A stretch of 63,443 nucleotides of DNA, the filler included, from Catajapyx aquilonaris (Eukaryota): NCBI GenBank assembly GCA_000934665.2. It is 2 parts of 2 records of this genome, joined end to end, with 100 filler letters (N's around TTAATTAATTAA, not from the genome) between each part and the next. Parts side by side here need not be neighbours in the genome. Positions count along the whole stretch, not along the records: positions 1 to 31,692 come from JYFJ02004502.1; positions 31,793 to 63,443 come from JYFJ02004503.1. One strand, written 5' to 3'. The translations under genes and the position numbers were made by a program. The stretch's first letter is position 1. Each line of letters opens with the position of its first letter. The notes beneath the pieces are model-generated. The model ran no database searches. It worked only from the letters and a program-made list of their open reading frames with translations, and was not told the origin of the DNA. Below, piece by piece: positions 24,446 to 37,599 of the stretch.

Positions 24446-24904
24446 AGTTTCATGTTAATATATGTGATATACTCATGTGGTGTAAAGAAACAACTGCTGC
24501 AATAATGGATGTTCTCATGTGCCCCTACCACAATCACTCCCTGAGTTCCCGCTTCCGATCTGCCCTCTTCCTATTATGTCACACACTGACATCACCAAAG
24601 TGAATTGTGCAAAATGTATATGTAGTTGTTGTTGTTTTTGTTGCAAGCTCATCCCATCCACTGAAAATTAATTAAACAACTTCATTTTCTGAAAGGATGA
24701 TTAACTACAGTCTGGCAAGTTCTGCACTGCTTTTCTGCAAAACCATCACATTTACTAGTTCCAGCTGATAGTGGCAGATCACAATCATCTACCACCTGAT
24801 TTAATATCAATCATGTAGGGGAGACCGAGGCACAGTGGTCCGCTTTTGCACATTTGAATTTTTATAAGTGTTCCTGTTATACTGTATCTAGGCTACTCAT
24901 TGAC

Positions 24905-25080
24905 CAGGGTGTATCAGAGTCATGGGTCAAGCGCACATGAGGGGGTGGGGAAAAATCGTAGGTGGCGACTACCCCGGTCAGTTTTATAAAACAATTAGAA
25001 ATACGGCAGTAATGAATTTATTTATTACGGCCGTTTGGTGTGACGTCATGTCCTTTCTGTTTGAATTGAGCCTGGCGGGC
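24905..25080. mobile_element. Half copy of the 11879-12408 foldback MITE
   Basis: CAGGGTGTATCAGAGTCATGGGTCAAGCG... Confidence 0.8.
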
Positions 25081-25114
25081 ACGGCAATGAAAAAAAAAAC
25101 AAAACAAAACAAAA

Positions 25115-25505
25115 GGTGTAGTTGCAGTTTGTGGCCGGCCAGAGCAAGCTGCATCAGTCACACTTGAGATGCCACTTTTGAACTTCCTGTACCATTCATA
25201 CACCTGCTGAAGGGACAGACAGGAGCCCCCATACTGCCTCTGCATCCTGTGATGGATGTCTGCTGGTTTCACACCTTCACTACTCAAAAATCTGATAACC
25301 GCCTGCTGCTCCTCTTTGGTGCAGGCATCCAAGGGGGCGGCCATCTTGATTGTGGTTCTCTGACGTCACACTTTCAATCAGACCGACGCGCCTGCGCACA
25401 CTGGCAGCTGACATGTGAAAGCATGCTACTTTAGCAGGAAAATGGTCTACTACGCGATGTTGGTTTTATACTGCCATTTTAAGGTAACTTTTTGACTTGC
25501 CCTCG
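25115..25505 (-). mobile_element. Mariner 5' fragment (TIR plus transposase HTH)
   Basis: TA-CGAGGGCAAGTCAAAAAG start; EQQAVIRFLSSEGVKPADIHHRMQRQYG...VYEWYRKFKSG...SGRP. Confidence 0.88.
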
Positions 25506-27258
25506 TATATTGTGGACACACAAATGAAATCCATTAAGTAATATTTTGGCTGTTTTGAGTTATTTATACCACTAAGTTGTTTTTTTTTGGGGGGGAGGGG
25601 GTGGGGAAGGGGGGGAGGATTTCATTTGTGTATGCCTACAAATTTTCAATGCCATCTCAACATGTTACACCTGCCCTGTGGGTGCTAAGGAAGATGGAGC
25701 AGGATATATACACTGTATTTTATGACACGTAACAATCAAGTATTTAGTGCAAAAATCAATGCATCATTTTTATTACTACTATGTACACTATTCCCTGGAA
25801 GCTAAAGGTGCCTAATTAATAATTAAACTTCTTCGCCTTAGAAAAAAGGTTCATGACATTGGATTAGGTGCTCATTTTCTACGTATACATCACTAACTCT
25901 CAAAAAATCGGTCCAAAATTGACCATAAAGAAAGCGTCAGTCTCAGATATAAAAACCCCAAGCTGAAAATCTGAGCAAGCCTAGTCATAAGTGAATCAGA
26001 AAACAAGTCAAAAAGACATTAATCAAATAAATTACTTAAGCAACAAGAGTGCAGAGGAACTAAAGTCTTTGGTTATTCATCAGCTCCCAGTTTTCTCCTT
26101 CCCTTTTATGGAGCCAAACCCGTCAGAAACATGTAACTCATATTTGGCACTTAAACAAACCATGTGAACGGGCAGGAATGTTGGAGTATTAAAAAAACAC
26201 TATTGGACCAAATCACTTCACTGTTTCAAAATGTCTTCATGTATCACACATTATATTTTTACCTCCTCATCCATGACACAATTTGAGGCCGCAAATCAAA
26301 CATCTGTGGACACCCTGATGCACTAAGCAGGGTAGCTAGTCGCTAGAGCCGACTTATGGGTCCTCTTGAGGGGGAACCTGACCTCCTGAGGGTGACCATA
26401 GCTATCTGATTTGCGTCGTGTCCCTAGCATCCTACCAAGCTCACTCTGCAAAGGAAACAGGCAGTGTCAGGCAATGCACCTTCACTATGCATATCTTCAC
26501 TATATCTATAAAGGTGAGAGTATGCTTCCTCTACTCTCGATCTGGCGACCCTGTAAGCGACCACCTGAGTGCCACCAAGCAGGCAAATGAGGCAGCTGTC
26601 TAACATGTGGCAGGCGGGTTGGTCACTCAGATAGACATTCTTCTTACATGCCGCCCTCTGCTTCACCCCAAACCCCAAATCCCAACCCAACCCCCCCACC
26701 CACACACACACACACACACCAGTGACTCGGTTGTCCTTCTCCCGAGTACAGGTACAGGTGGTGGAAAGGGACCCTGGGCCAACTCAAGGGAAGATGACTG
26801 TGGATCACTGTCGGGGCTGATTGGATCTGGGAGTTGGGCATGGTTTGAAGAATTTGGCTAACGGACAGAATGGGATGGGAAATCACATCTGCTTAAAATA
26901 GAAATGAATTACTTCCACCTCTGTTTTCAGAAATGTTCATTTTTTCTTGAAGGTGTAAAGGTTTGTAAAAACCACACAGAGATTTAATTATTTTGTTGAG
27001 AAGCACTTGAGTTTCCATGACAAAATTCAGTTTTACTGCTGCTCTAGCATACCCAACACCTATCATGTTAGTTTTAATAACTACTATTTTTCGAAACCCT
27101 TCACTAAACGAACCACAAATATTCCAGTACTTGTTTTCTATCCTTACTTTTAAGTACATCATCACACTCAGCCCACCTCTCTCTCTCTCTCTCTCTCTCT
27201 CNNNNCCCCCCCTCTGGCAAAAGATCTCCCCAAAAAGATGGCTGGGAAGGGGAAAACT

Positions 27259-27455
27259 TTACCTGTTGTCAAAGAGGACGGAGGCCTTTGAATTCAGGAA
27301 GTAGACCAGCAGAAAGGAAGCTACCAAGATGGTTGTACCCACTGAGATGGCCATCACTTCCTGTCTACGCGATGGACGAAGGAACAGGCGGGCAGAGTAC
27401 TCAGACCACCTGGATTCCGTCCATGATGAGTAGTTCCCACTTTTCCAGTCATAAT
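27259..27455 (-). CDS. NCSTN: Nicastrin exon with juxtamembrane and transmembrane region
   Basis: Phase-1 acceptor ttcag|AT; translates DYDWKSGNYSSWTESRWSEYSARLFLRPSRRQEVMAISVGTTILVASFLLVYFLNSKASVLFDNR then TAA (the same site, AG|gtaa, could also be a donor); absent from the ORF track. Confidence 0.9.
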
Positions 27456-27705
27456 CTGAACATGAATTATTTTGTTATTTTCACTAACTTTCAAAACAGA
27501 CACCAACACATTCAACAAAAATTACTGCAACTTTCGTTTGAACTTGGTTTGAAAATGCGCCTACCGTATTTTTGCTAATGCCCTGACTTAAGAAAAAAAA
27601 TCTCAAATATTAGGAAGTGACTATTTTCATAGTGTAACACTGTGACCATAAGGTGTTTTCATTCCATGTTTAGAATTGCTGCACATATTTTTATAATGTA
27701 TGACA

Positions 27706-28052
27706 AGGGGAGGCGGAGTGGTGCTGCGGTAACGTATGCGCCCACGGATGTTAAGGTCCCGGGTTCGATCCCAACCCGGGGACACCCCCTTCATCTCGTG
27801 CTGAGTTCATTGGGTCACCTCTGGCTTCGTCTCGGGTGGTATTTCCTACAGACTAAACCACCCGGGGGAGTTCACTAAAAATGGCCACATAAAGACATTG
27901 CACTGCACCTTGCACATCCCCTCCTGTCATCCTGCCCGTGGGCCCGGGCGTTACGCATAAAGGTTCCAATGTATACGAAAATAAAATAATAAAGGTCCGT
28001 GCTATATACCTTCGGTTGAGGTCAAGCACTACCCGGATTATTATTATTATTA
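27706..28052 (+). mobile_element. tRNA-derived SINE in a nicastrin intron
   Basis: B-box GGGTTCGATCCC, (TTA)n tail, TSD TTTTATAATGTATGACA. Confidence 0.85.
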
Positions 28053-28110
28053 TTTTATAATGTATGACACCAGTTACCCAAAATTGCTACTTATGAGTGT
28101 TATGACACAC

Positions 28111-28804
28111 CTGGTATGCTGAATGCTGGGCTCTCTGCATCTGAGAAGTTGACTGTACTCTGAATGCATCCCCAATCAACCTCACTTGTGCCATTTTCCC
28201 CTCTCATCCAAATGTAACTGAATGGATCCATGGCATCACTTGAGTGGCAGTCCTTCTCTGCTATCCTTTCATCCCTCTCACCAGTCAGCCATGCTATCAC
28301 ATTCCGTGTGTGCTTGGTTGCATCACCAGGATATCCAGACACACCCACATACATTGGGAATGGAGTCTTCATGACTTTGTCTGCCTTGGTGGCAGCTGAG
28401 CGAAAATAGGAGCAATTAGAGGTGTCCAGGTAGCAATGGAGCAGCTCATTCACCCGATCAACATCCACTCGGACACTGTCTGCCAGCTCAGGCCGCTCCA
28501 AAAGGGCAAACACTGCCTTGGCAACTGTAGTTGCAAGTCTTTGGATATGAGTCTGGAGTGAACCATTTGTGATGTTGTAATCATAGTGGAGCGAGATTCC
28601 ATTATCCATGATGCTGTGATAATAGCGGTTGGCATAGGAGTTCTGATCATGATCAGTTATGACGACGCCAGGTATCTCCTTGTCGGACTTTAAGAAGGTC
28701 TGAAGGGAGGATGGTGGTAATGGAAAAGTTGCATTCATCAATGGCACCATGGTTAGGCTGGATTTATTTCCCATATCCTTCAGGTTGGCTATTAGCCTTC
28801 CCAC
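28111..28804 (-). CDS. NCSTN: Nicastrin, internal exon
   Basis: LPPSSLQTFLK, YANRYYHSIMD, LLHCYL..NC and ESPAF motifs; acceptor ttccag|GTG, donor G|gtgtgt. Confidence 0.93.
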
Positions 28805-29102
28805 CTGGAACATAATAGTAGTCAATTAACATAAAGTAACCTGCCTCACTGAACTAGGTAATGTGTGTCAAAGTCACATGACAAGCAAACTTGTTATCTA
28901 CAAAAAAATCTTACTGCAACCTCATTCTGAGCCCAAAACTGAGCCCCAGAACCGGTTTTTCCTCTCCTCCCGCCCAAACCCCACCTGAACACACACCCCT
29001 CACCACCACCTGGACGATTGCGAAAGGCTCTTAAGAAATTGAACAGACAATACTAACTTCCTTACAGCGACAATAACACACTCAGTCCCACTCTCAACTC
29101 AC

Positions 29103-29505
29103 CTGGTCTTTAACTGACTTGTATGATAGCGGATCTACATGCATCCAATATTTGCCACTCCCAGCATCGGACACTTGGTTAAGCTCCAAAAAGTACTTGA
29201 TGTGTCGCAACTTCATAGGAACTGGCTTCCCATCCTCAAATACTGGCTGGAAGAGTCCATGCTCCATGTCATAAACTGCTCTCTCTGACCCAATGTAGTC
29301 ATAAGTCTCCCCATTGAAGAGGGCAAAGAGGACATTGGAACCATTGAGAGGTTCGGACTCTACTGGTCTATTTTTGTAGGCCTCGAACATGGCCTGAGCA
29401 ACTGCTAGGACGGCCACCACATTGGTCACCGGGCTGACTCCACCAGGCATCAGCTGGTCAAACATGGACACTGTGTCCAGACGAGATGCCACCACTATCA
29501 CAGAT
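29103..29505 (-). CDS. NCSTN: Nicastrin (gamma-secretase subunit), internal exon with DYIGS motif
   Basis: VIVVASRLD...NVLFALFNGETYDYIGSERAVYDM; acceptor tacag|A at 29505, donor CAG|gtgagt at 29103; upstream exons not found in the window. Confidence 0.93.
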
Positions 29506-29849
29506 CTGTATTTGAAATAAAGAATGCAGTGTGTCAAAGTTCACTCAATTCCAGTGCAGAAATCAAGTTTCTTTTTAATTAAACCTGTACCATCACTGTT
29601 GATGAAAGAAAACGTAGGTATTATAGGTATTCACAATACAATACATAATACAACACATAATTCAACAAAATAGGATTATTAATATGAGTAGTGGAGTAGT
29701 AAAAGTCATAGTTTTATAGAACTTAAAATTGCCTATTTCGGGCGTTGGAACCTAAATGGCCTATTAGGGTCTATTTCCACCTTTTTGACGCTGTTTCGTC
29801 AGATTTTCGAGTTCTGCGGGTTTTCCATTCAAGAAATCCCTCCCACTTC

Positions 29850-30060
29850 CATCTGTGAAGGGTGAAGAAGCTGTAGGCATGCCGGATGAACTGGCTGTAG
29901 AAGACATTTCACTTTTAAGTATGATCTAGTTGCTTTGGGTGACGTCAAAAGGTCATTTTCAGCATGTAGAAATGTATTGTCAGACAGCCGTCGCCAAATG
30001 ACTGCCATTAACCAACGGAAATATGGAACAACTGCTAGTTTGTGACTGTGCTGCAAAATT
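29850..30060 (+). mobile_element. hAT-like transposase C-terminal remnant
   Basis: FKYDLVALGDVKRSFSACRNVLSDSRRQM resembles the ERSFS dimerisation motif. Confidence 0.5.
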
Positions 30061-30250
30061 TAATGGCCAGAAATAGGCTGTAATATTGTGTAGAAATGAA
30101 AATAAATTACGACCTACTTGATGTTTACTGCCTATTATAAGCCTATTTTGACCAGGACCAGATTCCAGGAGGACCACCACCCCCTGGCATCGGTGTTTAG
30201 CCTTGCAGCAGAAATAGGCCGATGTTAAGCCCCACTGATAGAGTTGTATA

Positions 30251-30594
30251 CAGGGTGTTTCTTACTAGTAGGTCAACCCGAAATCAGCGTGTTCCTACCG
30301 GCAAAACAAGTCAAAAATGTCAGGGAACCAAGTGTTAACGAGGTAGATGACCAGAAACATTGTTGGTTGCCGAAGGAGCAGGATATGAGCGGTGATGATC
30401 ACTTCTGTGAAAAAGGCGACCTCGCAAATTCCAACAGTCACGATTATCACGCTCATATCCTGCTCCTTCGGCAAACACAGGCCAATGTTTCTGGTCATCT
30501 ACCTCGTTAACACTTGGTTCCCTGACATTTTTGACTTGTTTTGCCGGTAGGAACACGCTGATTTCGGGTTGACCTACTAGTAAGAAACACCCTG
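30251..30594. mobile_element. Foldback MITE with near-perfect arms and TA TSD
   Basis: CAGGGTGTTTCTTACTAGTAGGTCAACCCG... and its inverse; over 100 bp of exact match. Confidence 0.92.
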
Positions 30595-31692
30595 TATAGG
30601 ACGGTTGGAGAAAAAATTATTTCTTGAAGTTGTGCATATAAATCCCGTAAGAAGCAAGCTGAACCACTTCATGAAAGTCTAATCTATTGGGAGAATGCAG
30701 ATACATCACATTTCAGTGATTGCATCAGCCACAATATTACAAGTTGAATTTTGGGAAATTTGCCAATTTCAGAATTGGAGCGATTTAGTAACTATTTCCT
30801 TGAATTATAAATGCTTCTATAGCTCTGAAAAATAAATACATTGTAAGACTATTGCAAGAAAGGTTGTGGAAAGCTATCATAAAATATTTACATTGTTGGC
30901 CCTTATGAGTGGTGACTGGTAGCAAAGGAAACAATGGCGTCCTACATAGGAGGCTGGGAATTGACACTGCTAAAATGGGGAAAAAACTAGACCATCCTTT
31001 GTAGGCAGTAGCTGTTCTGTGCATATTACAAAAATCATTCTAAAGAGTGCAGGTTGATAATACTCATTGATATTTTCATTCCTAGTGTAATGACAGTGCA
31101 CCATTACCTATAAATTGATTTTATATCAAAATATCGGATTGTATCGAAGGGCCAAAGCGACATGCTCAGTACCATTGACATGAGAGGTCACGGTTATTTT
31201 TATACATTAAAAAATAACTAAAATTTTAATAATTAATAAAATAAATTTTATAGGAAATTTCATCACAAAGGTTTTTCCCAACATCTACTAACACTTGGGG
31301 AGGGGGAGAGGGTGGGGGTTGCAGGTTACTTGACTATAATAAAAGGGGGTCACGACCAATGCCTAGGTCTATGATGAAGAAATGTCTGAAATGCAGGAAT
31401 TTATTAACTGTTTAAGGAATAGCTCCCCAACAGACTATTTTCTACGGCAAAAATGAACACTTGCAGCACTGCTCTCCTCATGAAAGAATTGAGTTTTTGA
31501 ACACAGCCAGGAATGATGTGGTTTTCACCAAAGGCTGAAAACTTAAAACTTAATGGTTGCAAGTGGGTTCAGTGCCTTGCTATTTCTATTTATATTATCC
31601 TCCTGAGACCCGGCGTCCAGTATACTGGACATCTGGAAAAGTTTTTTTGGCGCCAACTAGTGATGCCAACAGAACTGTAATCTGTTGGTATC

Positions 31693-31792
31693 NNNNNNNN
31701 NNNNNNNNNNNNNNNNNNNNNNNNNNNNNNNNNNNNTTAATTAATTAANNNNNNNNNNNNNNNNNNNNNNNNNNNNNNNNNNNNNNNNNNNN
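31693..31792. other. Artificial assembly linker (44 N + TTAATTAATTAA + 44 N)
   Basis: Exactly 100 nt with a 12-mer giving stops in all six frames. Confidence 0.95.
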
Positions 31793-32056
31793 GGGGATCC
31801 GTGGGGATCTGGTTGTGTCCGAAGCCAACTTCCCCTAGTGCCCGTTGGGAAGGGCGGCGCTCTATCCAACGTCGCCTAACTTGGCCAGGCGGCCAGGCGG
31901 CGTCACTCTCGAACAGACCTCGAGTTTTTTCCGACTTTCGTCTCTTCCCCTGACATTACCGTTCGTCTTAGAGATAAACGGATGGTATCACCGGAATCAG
32001 GATTTTTTTGCCTGATTTTTACAGATCAACTTGTATTTTGAGTGGAGTGTCCCTTG

Positions 32057-32560
32057 AAACGATATATATCGAGGTAAACAATACATAAAGATATTTAAAC
32101 GATATATATCGAGATAAACAATATTTAAAGATATTTAAACGATATATATCGAGATAAACAATATTTAAAGATATTTAAACGATATATATCGAGATAAACA
32201 ATATTTAAAGATATTTAAACGATATATATCGAGATAAACAATATTTAAAGATATTTAAACGATCTTTAACAATATTTAAATGATAATTACCGAGATGAAC
32301 GTTAAAAATTATAATTATCGAGATGAACGATATAAACTATAATTACCGAGGTGAACGATATAAACGATCGAAATATACAATATTTAGAGGTACCGTATTT
32401 AAACGATATAAACGATCGAAATATACAATATTTAGAGGTACCGAATTGAAACGATATTTATCGAGATAAACAATATTTCAAGATATTTAAACGATATTTA
32501 AACGATATCGACCGATATTTAGACGATATTTAACGAGATGAACGATATAAACGATACTTT
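32057..32560. repeat. 40-bp minisatellite decaying into related shorter units
   Basis: GATATATATC recurs at 32061, 32101, 32141, 32181 and 32221. Confidence 0.92.
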
Positions 32561-33209
32561 CCAACAATTTATACAAAACATTCCCCATTAGGTGGATTAA
32601 TCATTAACAATGGTGTGAAAGTGCCACGTGGTGACCCAATAATTGAAACCACCATCCGCTAGGTAGCAGACAAAACTACTGATACAATCCCTATTCGACT
32701 TTTCAATAGTTCACTCCCTGCCTCAAAAAGGGTTCATTAGCCGGTCAAGATTTATAGACACCTGTCAAACTAGCGACAATGTCGCTTTAACGACTGACAA
32801 CTCAGGTTTGTGCTGGGAGATAAAATTTGATAGTAGAGACAGGTAAACAAATTGGACGTGATAGGAATGCCAATGGACACACTCACGTCATATGGGAAAT
32901 ACTCGTCACTCTATTACAAAATGTTGGAAGTTCTATATAGAGGTTGGTAGAAAAAAAACTGGTTTCTAATTATGGGAAATGCCATTCCCTTCTAATTTCC
33001 ACCGAGTTGAAACGAACTGAAAAAAAAAAGGATGAGAGATGGTGAAAAAAAAAAGTTTAAAAAAAGCTATGATTACTAGCTTGGAAAATGGAGTTTTCGC
33101 CAACGTTTCATTTCGTGTCTTTCATATAAAAGCTCCTGAAAATTTTCGAATTGCATAAGATAATGAAGTAAATTCTTCTAAAAATGTGTTTTCACTGCTC
33201 ATTACTGAC

Positions 33210-33740
33210 AAGGGATGATAATGACGGATCTTGATGAAATTTAACATTTTAATACAGGACAATTTATGACACCCAAAAATGAAATATTTCGCGCGGAGCC
33301 CCATATTTGCAAAAGTTATGACGTCTTAAAATTCCAAAAATAATACATTTTCATTCATAATGGGATTACATTAGCGACCATATTAATGACATTGAAGTGT
33401 GTAATCAGTTTCTACACTTTTTCTCGCCGGAAAAAAGTCCTACAGAACGGCTTTGTCCGTCCGTCCGTCTGTGGACAGGTATCAAGGCCTAAACCGTAAG
33501 AGATACAAGCCGTTATGTATGGACTCTTTTCCGATGAGACACACTTCAATGTGATCTTATCTGGGGTCGCTAATGTAATCCCATTATGAACTCAATGAAA
33601 ATGTATTATTTTTGGAACTTTAAGACGTCATAACTTTTGCAAATATGGACCTCCGCACGAAATATTTAATTTTTGGGTATCACATATTGTCATGTATTAG
33701 CATGTTAAATTTCATCAAGATCCGTCATTATCATCCCGTG
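33210..33740. mobile_element. Large imperfect palindrome with a DINE-like GTCC-repeat core
   Basis: GGGATGATAATGACGGATCTTGATGAAATTTAACAT and its inverse at about 33700-33737; core GTCCGTCCGTCCGTCTG. Confidence 0.75.
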
Positions 33741-35811
33741 ACCTTCCCTTGTGAGTATGCAAAAAATATTACTCTACATATATTAGTTATAGCATATTCC
33801 GGTGCAAAATATTTCAGCGCATAACTAGTCGGAAATTCGCAAATGTTTAAGAGAAGCGAGGCGGAAATAGATAGGAAATGGCACAGGAATTGCCGTCAAG
33901 TCAAGACGTGATGAGTAGGGAATTACATTAATTAAAGTTACGTAATCAGTTAGTCGCTAAGTAAGTCTAAAGCTCTTGATGTTCGATGGGGAAGTTTCCA
34001 ACCGGTTTTTTTTTGTGTCGTATATTTGAATACCCAAAATCCTACATAATTGCAATCTGCAAATCCTGAACAAATTTTAATAAAATTTCCACTGTAATAA
34101 ATTCGCAATAATTGTCCAGAATATTAAGGGCAGATCATGATCTATGTCATTTATGAACCAGGTTTATTTTTTCACACCAGAAAATAAAACGGGTTGGATG
34201 AATATCAGGGGGCTTTTTGCAATATGCAAATAACGTGGAGAAGGAATCGCCTATTAAAATCGTGTTCATAAATATGGATGTAAAGCTCCGGAAAAAGTGT
34301 AGTGAACCATGATAAAACTGGTGTTTGCTTTCCCAGCACTACAACCTGTTTTTTTCAACTTTTTTTTGTTTTTTGAAATAGCAACTTACAGTATGCTTAA
34401 CCAAATTTCAGATCTCACCACTTTTGACGGCCAAGCAGTCAGGAGAACTTGGCCTTTTTTCCACTTTTTTGTTTTGAAATAGCAACTTACAGTATGCTTA
34501 ACCAAATTCTGTTATATTCAGTATTGAAATTTTCTGAACCATCTTGAAGACGCTATCTATAGACGATATTTACTCATAAAAAATCCAGATTGACAGGATG
34601 GGAATTACAACTTTTCGATCAATCCTTCCGAAAATAATAGGAGCAATAGAAAGTTGCATAGCAGACAATTTGAGAAGAGGACCAACTCAGCTAGAATCCA
34701 TCTCAAATGACAGCTCGACATGAATATTGAAAGACGTCCCTCCTCAACTGCTTTAAGACTTCGGACTTTATACTTTTTTCTTCTGCTGAATTATGCACGT
34801 TTGTACTTTGCAATTTCACTGATAGTGAACAAAAAAATTTATTTGAAAAAAAACGGTTACGAAAAATCGTGTCAGACGTGCACTTTACCCTTTCTCCATT
34901 TCCAACATCTTCAACTGAAAAAAAAACTCTTGAAGAAGATATCTGTTGAAAAGAAACTCGTCTCGTCCACCAAATTGCTAGTTGCCCCCCATAATTCAAT
35001 TTACTTTCCTCCACAACTCTAACCCTTCAAAATGGCCCTAAGAGACCTTCCACAGTATTTTGGCAGGTTTCTTTTACAAGATAAGCCAGATGCCAACCTC
35101 TTTTTCCCTTCCAACATCCTATATCACTGATTGACGGAACCATCTACAGCTTTCCTAGAAGTGTCCTGTTTCAAATTTAATATCTAGAGTGACGTATCAT
35201 ATATTGCTTTTTTTCCATACTAAAAAAAATTGCGCATTTGTAACTCTGCAAAATAGAGGTTCAGAAATGGGTGGCATTGAGTTACGTGCCATTAGTCCAA
35301 AAAGTCCATTTTCGCACGTCTTGCGCATCACAGACTGAAGAAGGCCTCGGGTGATTTCCAGTTCCGTCAATCAATGGGAAACCCATGAGACTTGGGCCGT
35401 ACAAAGTCCTCAAATTCGCCCATTTCCACCTTTTCTACACGATATGGAGGGAAATAAAGCGATTTGAGGGTGAAAAGTGGTAGCCATTTTGATCTGACTC
35501 TAACGGCAATCTTAGTAACTACTGTGTCGCAAGCCCACAATTACTGAGAAGAAATGAGGACAAAAGGGGATGTCGACTATGAAAGAAGACCATGGGAGGC
35601 TAATGAGTCGAATAAGTAATAGTAGTTGCATGAAAAAAGTTGAAAACAATAGAATAATTTTTCTTTTCTTCTCAAAATGGACGCGTCATAATCCTGTTGT
35701 AATTAGAATCCAGTGTCCCATCAGTGTCAGTGCGTCAGTACATGTCAGTGCATGTCAGTGCGCGTCAGTGCGCGTCAGTGCGTGTCAGTGCGTGAGGAAA
35801 GGCCCCATATA

Positions 35812-36228
35812 CAGTGCTGGACAAATTAACCGTCGCTGAATGTTTTTTTCCGGCGGCGGAGGCGGCGGCGTTACCTGGCAACCCTGTCCGGCGGACCAAT
35901 TCAAACATCAGCCCATGGAGAGCGCTTCCATTGTTGCCACTGTTTATAAATCGAGGGAGTGACCCCAAAATGACTTATTGCTTCTAACATTGTTATTTTC
36001 CCCGTTTTCTCCAGCATATCCCTGCAGATACTGTGTAAGCAGGCAGAAGACCCGTTGCTGGGTCGTCCGCGTCACTCACTCGATTTGTAAACAGTGGCAA
36101 CAATGGAAGCACTCTCCATGTGCTGATGTTTGAATTGGTGGCCCGCCGGACGGGGTTGCCAGGTAACGCCGCCGCCGCCGCTGCCGGAAAAAAACATTCA
36201 GCGACGGCTAATTTGTCCATCACTGCTG
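35812..36228. mobile_element. MITE with TIRs of about 150 bp, flanked by TA
   Basis: CAGTGCTGGACAAATTAACCGTCGCTGAATG... vs ...CATTCAGCGACGGCTAATTTGTCCATCACTG. Confidence 0.85.
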
Positions 36229-37599
36229 TACACCCCCAACTTGACCCCCGTAGCGACTAGCGAGGGGCTTGATAAATACAAGGGCCTCGCTCAACTTTCT
36301 CACTGTCCTTTCCCCTGGACAGTGTCGGCCATATTTAACGAACGTTTGATCCACTCATAACGGTTTTCCGTTTGATCCACCCATAACGGTTTTCCGTTCG
36401 ATCCACCCAACGGTTTTCCGTTTGATATATCTGTTGACTCAAACATCCGTATTTCAGAGGTCATCACGAAGTTAAAGAGGATCGATTCAATTAACTGGTC
36501 ATCACCTTTCCACACCAGTCCCGCAGACCCTTTTATCGTCCTTTTGGCACCAATTGCTCCGTGAAATCGCTTCCTTCAAACAAACAAAAGACGGTGATTT
36601 GCCAACCCTATCCTTTCATACCCTCTAAAACCTATCCTCCATTCCCTATGACTCCTATTCTCTCACCAATCCCATCCGATTCGCTTGAAATGGCCACAGA
36701 AAACAGTCGACCCAACAATTCCACTTGCATTAAGATGACTCGCCGGTACACTCAGCTCCAAGTCTTACCGGTAATCCTAGGTACAGACTAAATATTTTGA
36801 ACCGAAATGTACTTTAGATAATATAAGATAGGGTGGTAAAAATTGTAATGGTCACATAAAACAGGACCTTTTTCAAGCAATGAGACCGTCTTACTCGCCC
36901 ATTAAATGTTAGATTTACCAACATAAAATTGGCCCAATTTTCTTCAGTATTTAAATGTAAAGTGACCAGCATTGCGATTTAATCAAGCTCATACATCTTC
37001 GTCTATTTTAATATGGGGCGTTAATTCTTTAAATCGGTCGGAAGCAGAGGGAATCGTCTAAAAAAGTAAATCCTTCAAAATGTGTCATAATGAGGCCTTT
37101 TGTCTCTGGAATCTGCTTCGTTGGCCCTAATTAGAACTTATTATCAGGGGATCTGCCGACAAATCCTTTCCCTAATTGCGTTATGAAGTCGGGAGCCATT
37201 TTCTTTTCGGTAATCTTTCGAGTGGTGAATCGCAAACAAATAGACAGCAGAATATTTTTCTGTACTAAAGTGAGCGATAGATTTCACAAAATATCGCAAA
37301 AGTTTAAAAAAATCGGAGTTACATATGCGATTTTCGATATATTAAATTTTGCAAATGGATTTTCAATATATTAACTTCTGCAAATGGATTTTCGATATAT
37401 TAACTTCTGCAAATAAACTTTCGATGATAGATATATCAATTTAGAATATCAATTTTTATGTAGCAATTTATGCAATATTAATTTTATAGATTAATTTATA
37501 CGACATCAATTTATACAAGACGATTTCAATCAATTAATTTCTACAAATCGATTATTAATATATTAATTTCTGCAATGTCGATTTTACAACAATTGATAT

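Noticed and set aside
34540..35180. Possible degenerate coding region (ORFs 34703..35014 and 34720..35022)
   Set aside because: Stops in all frames and no recognisable motif or convincing splice structure
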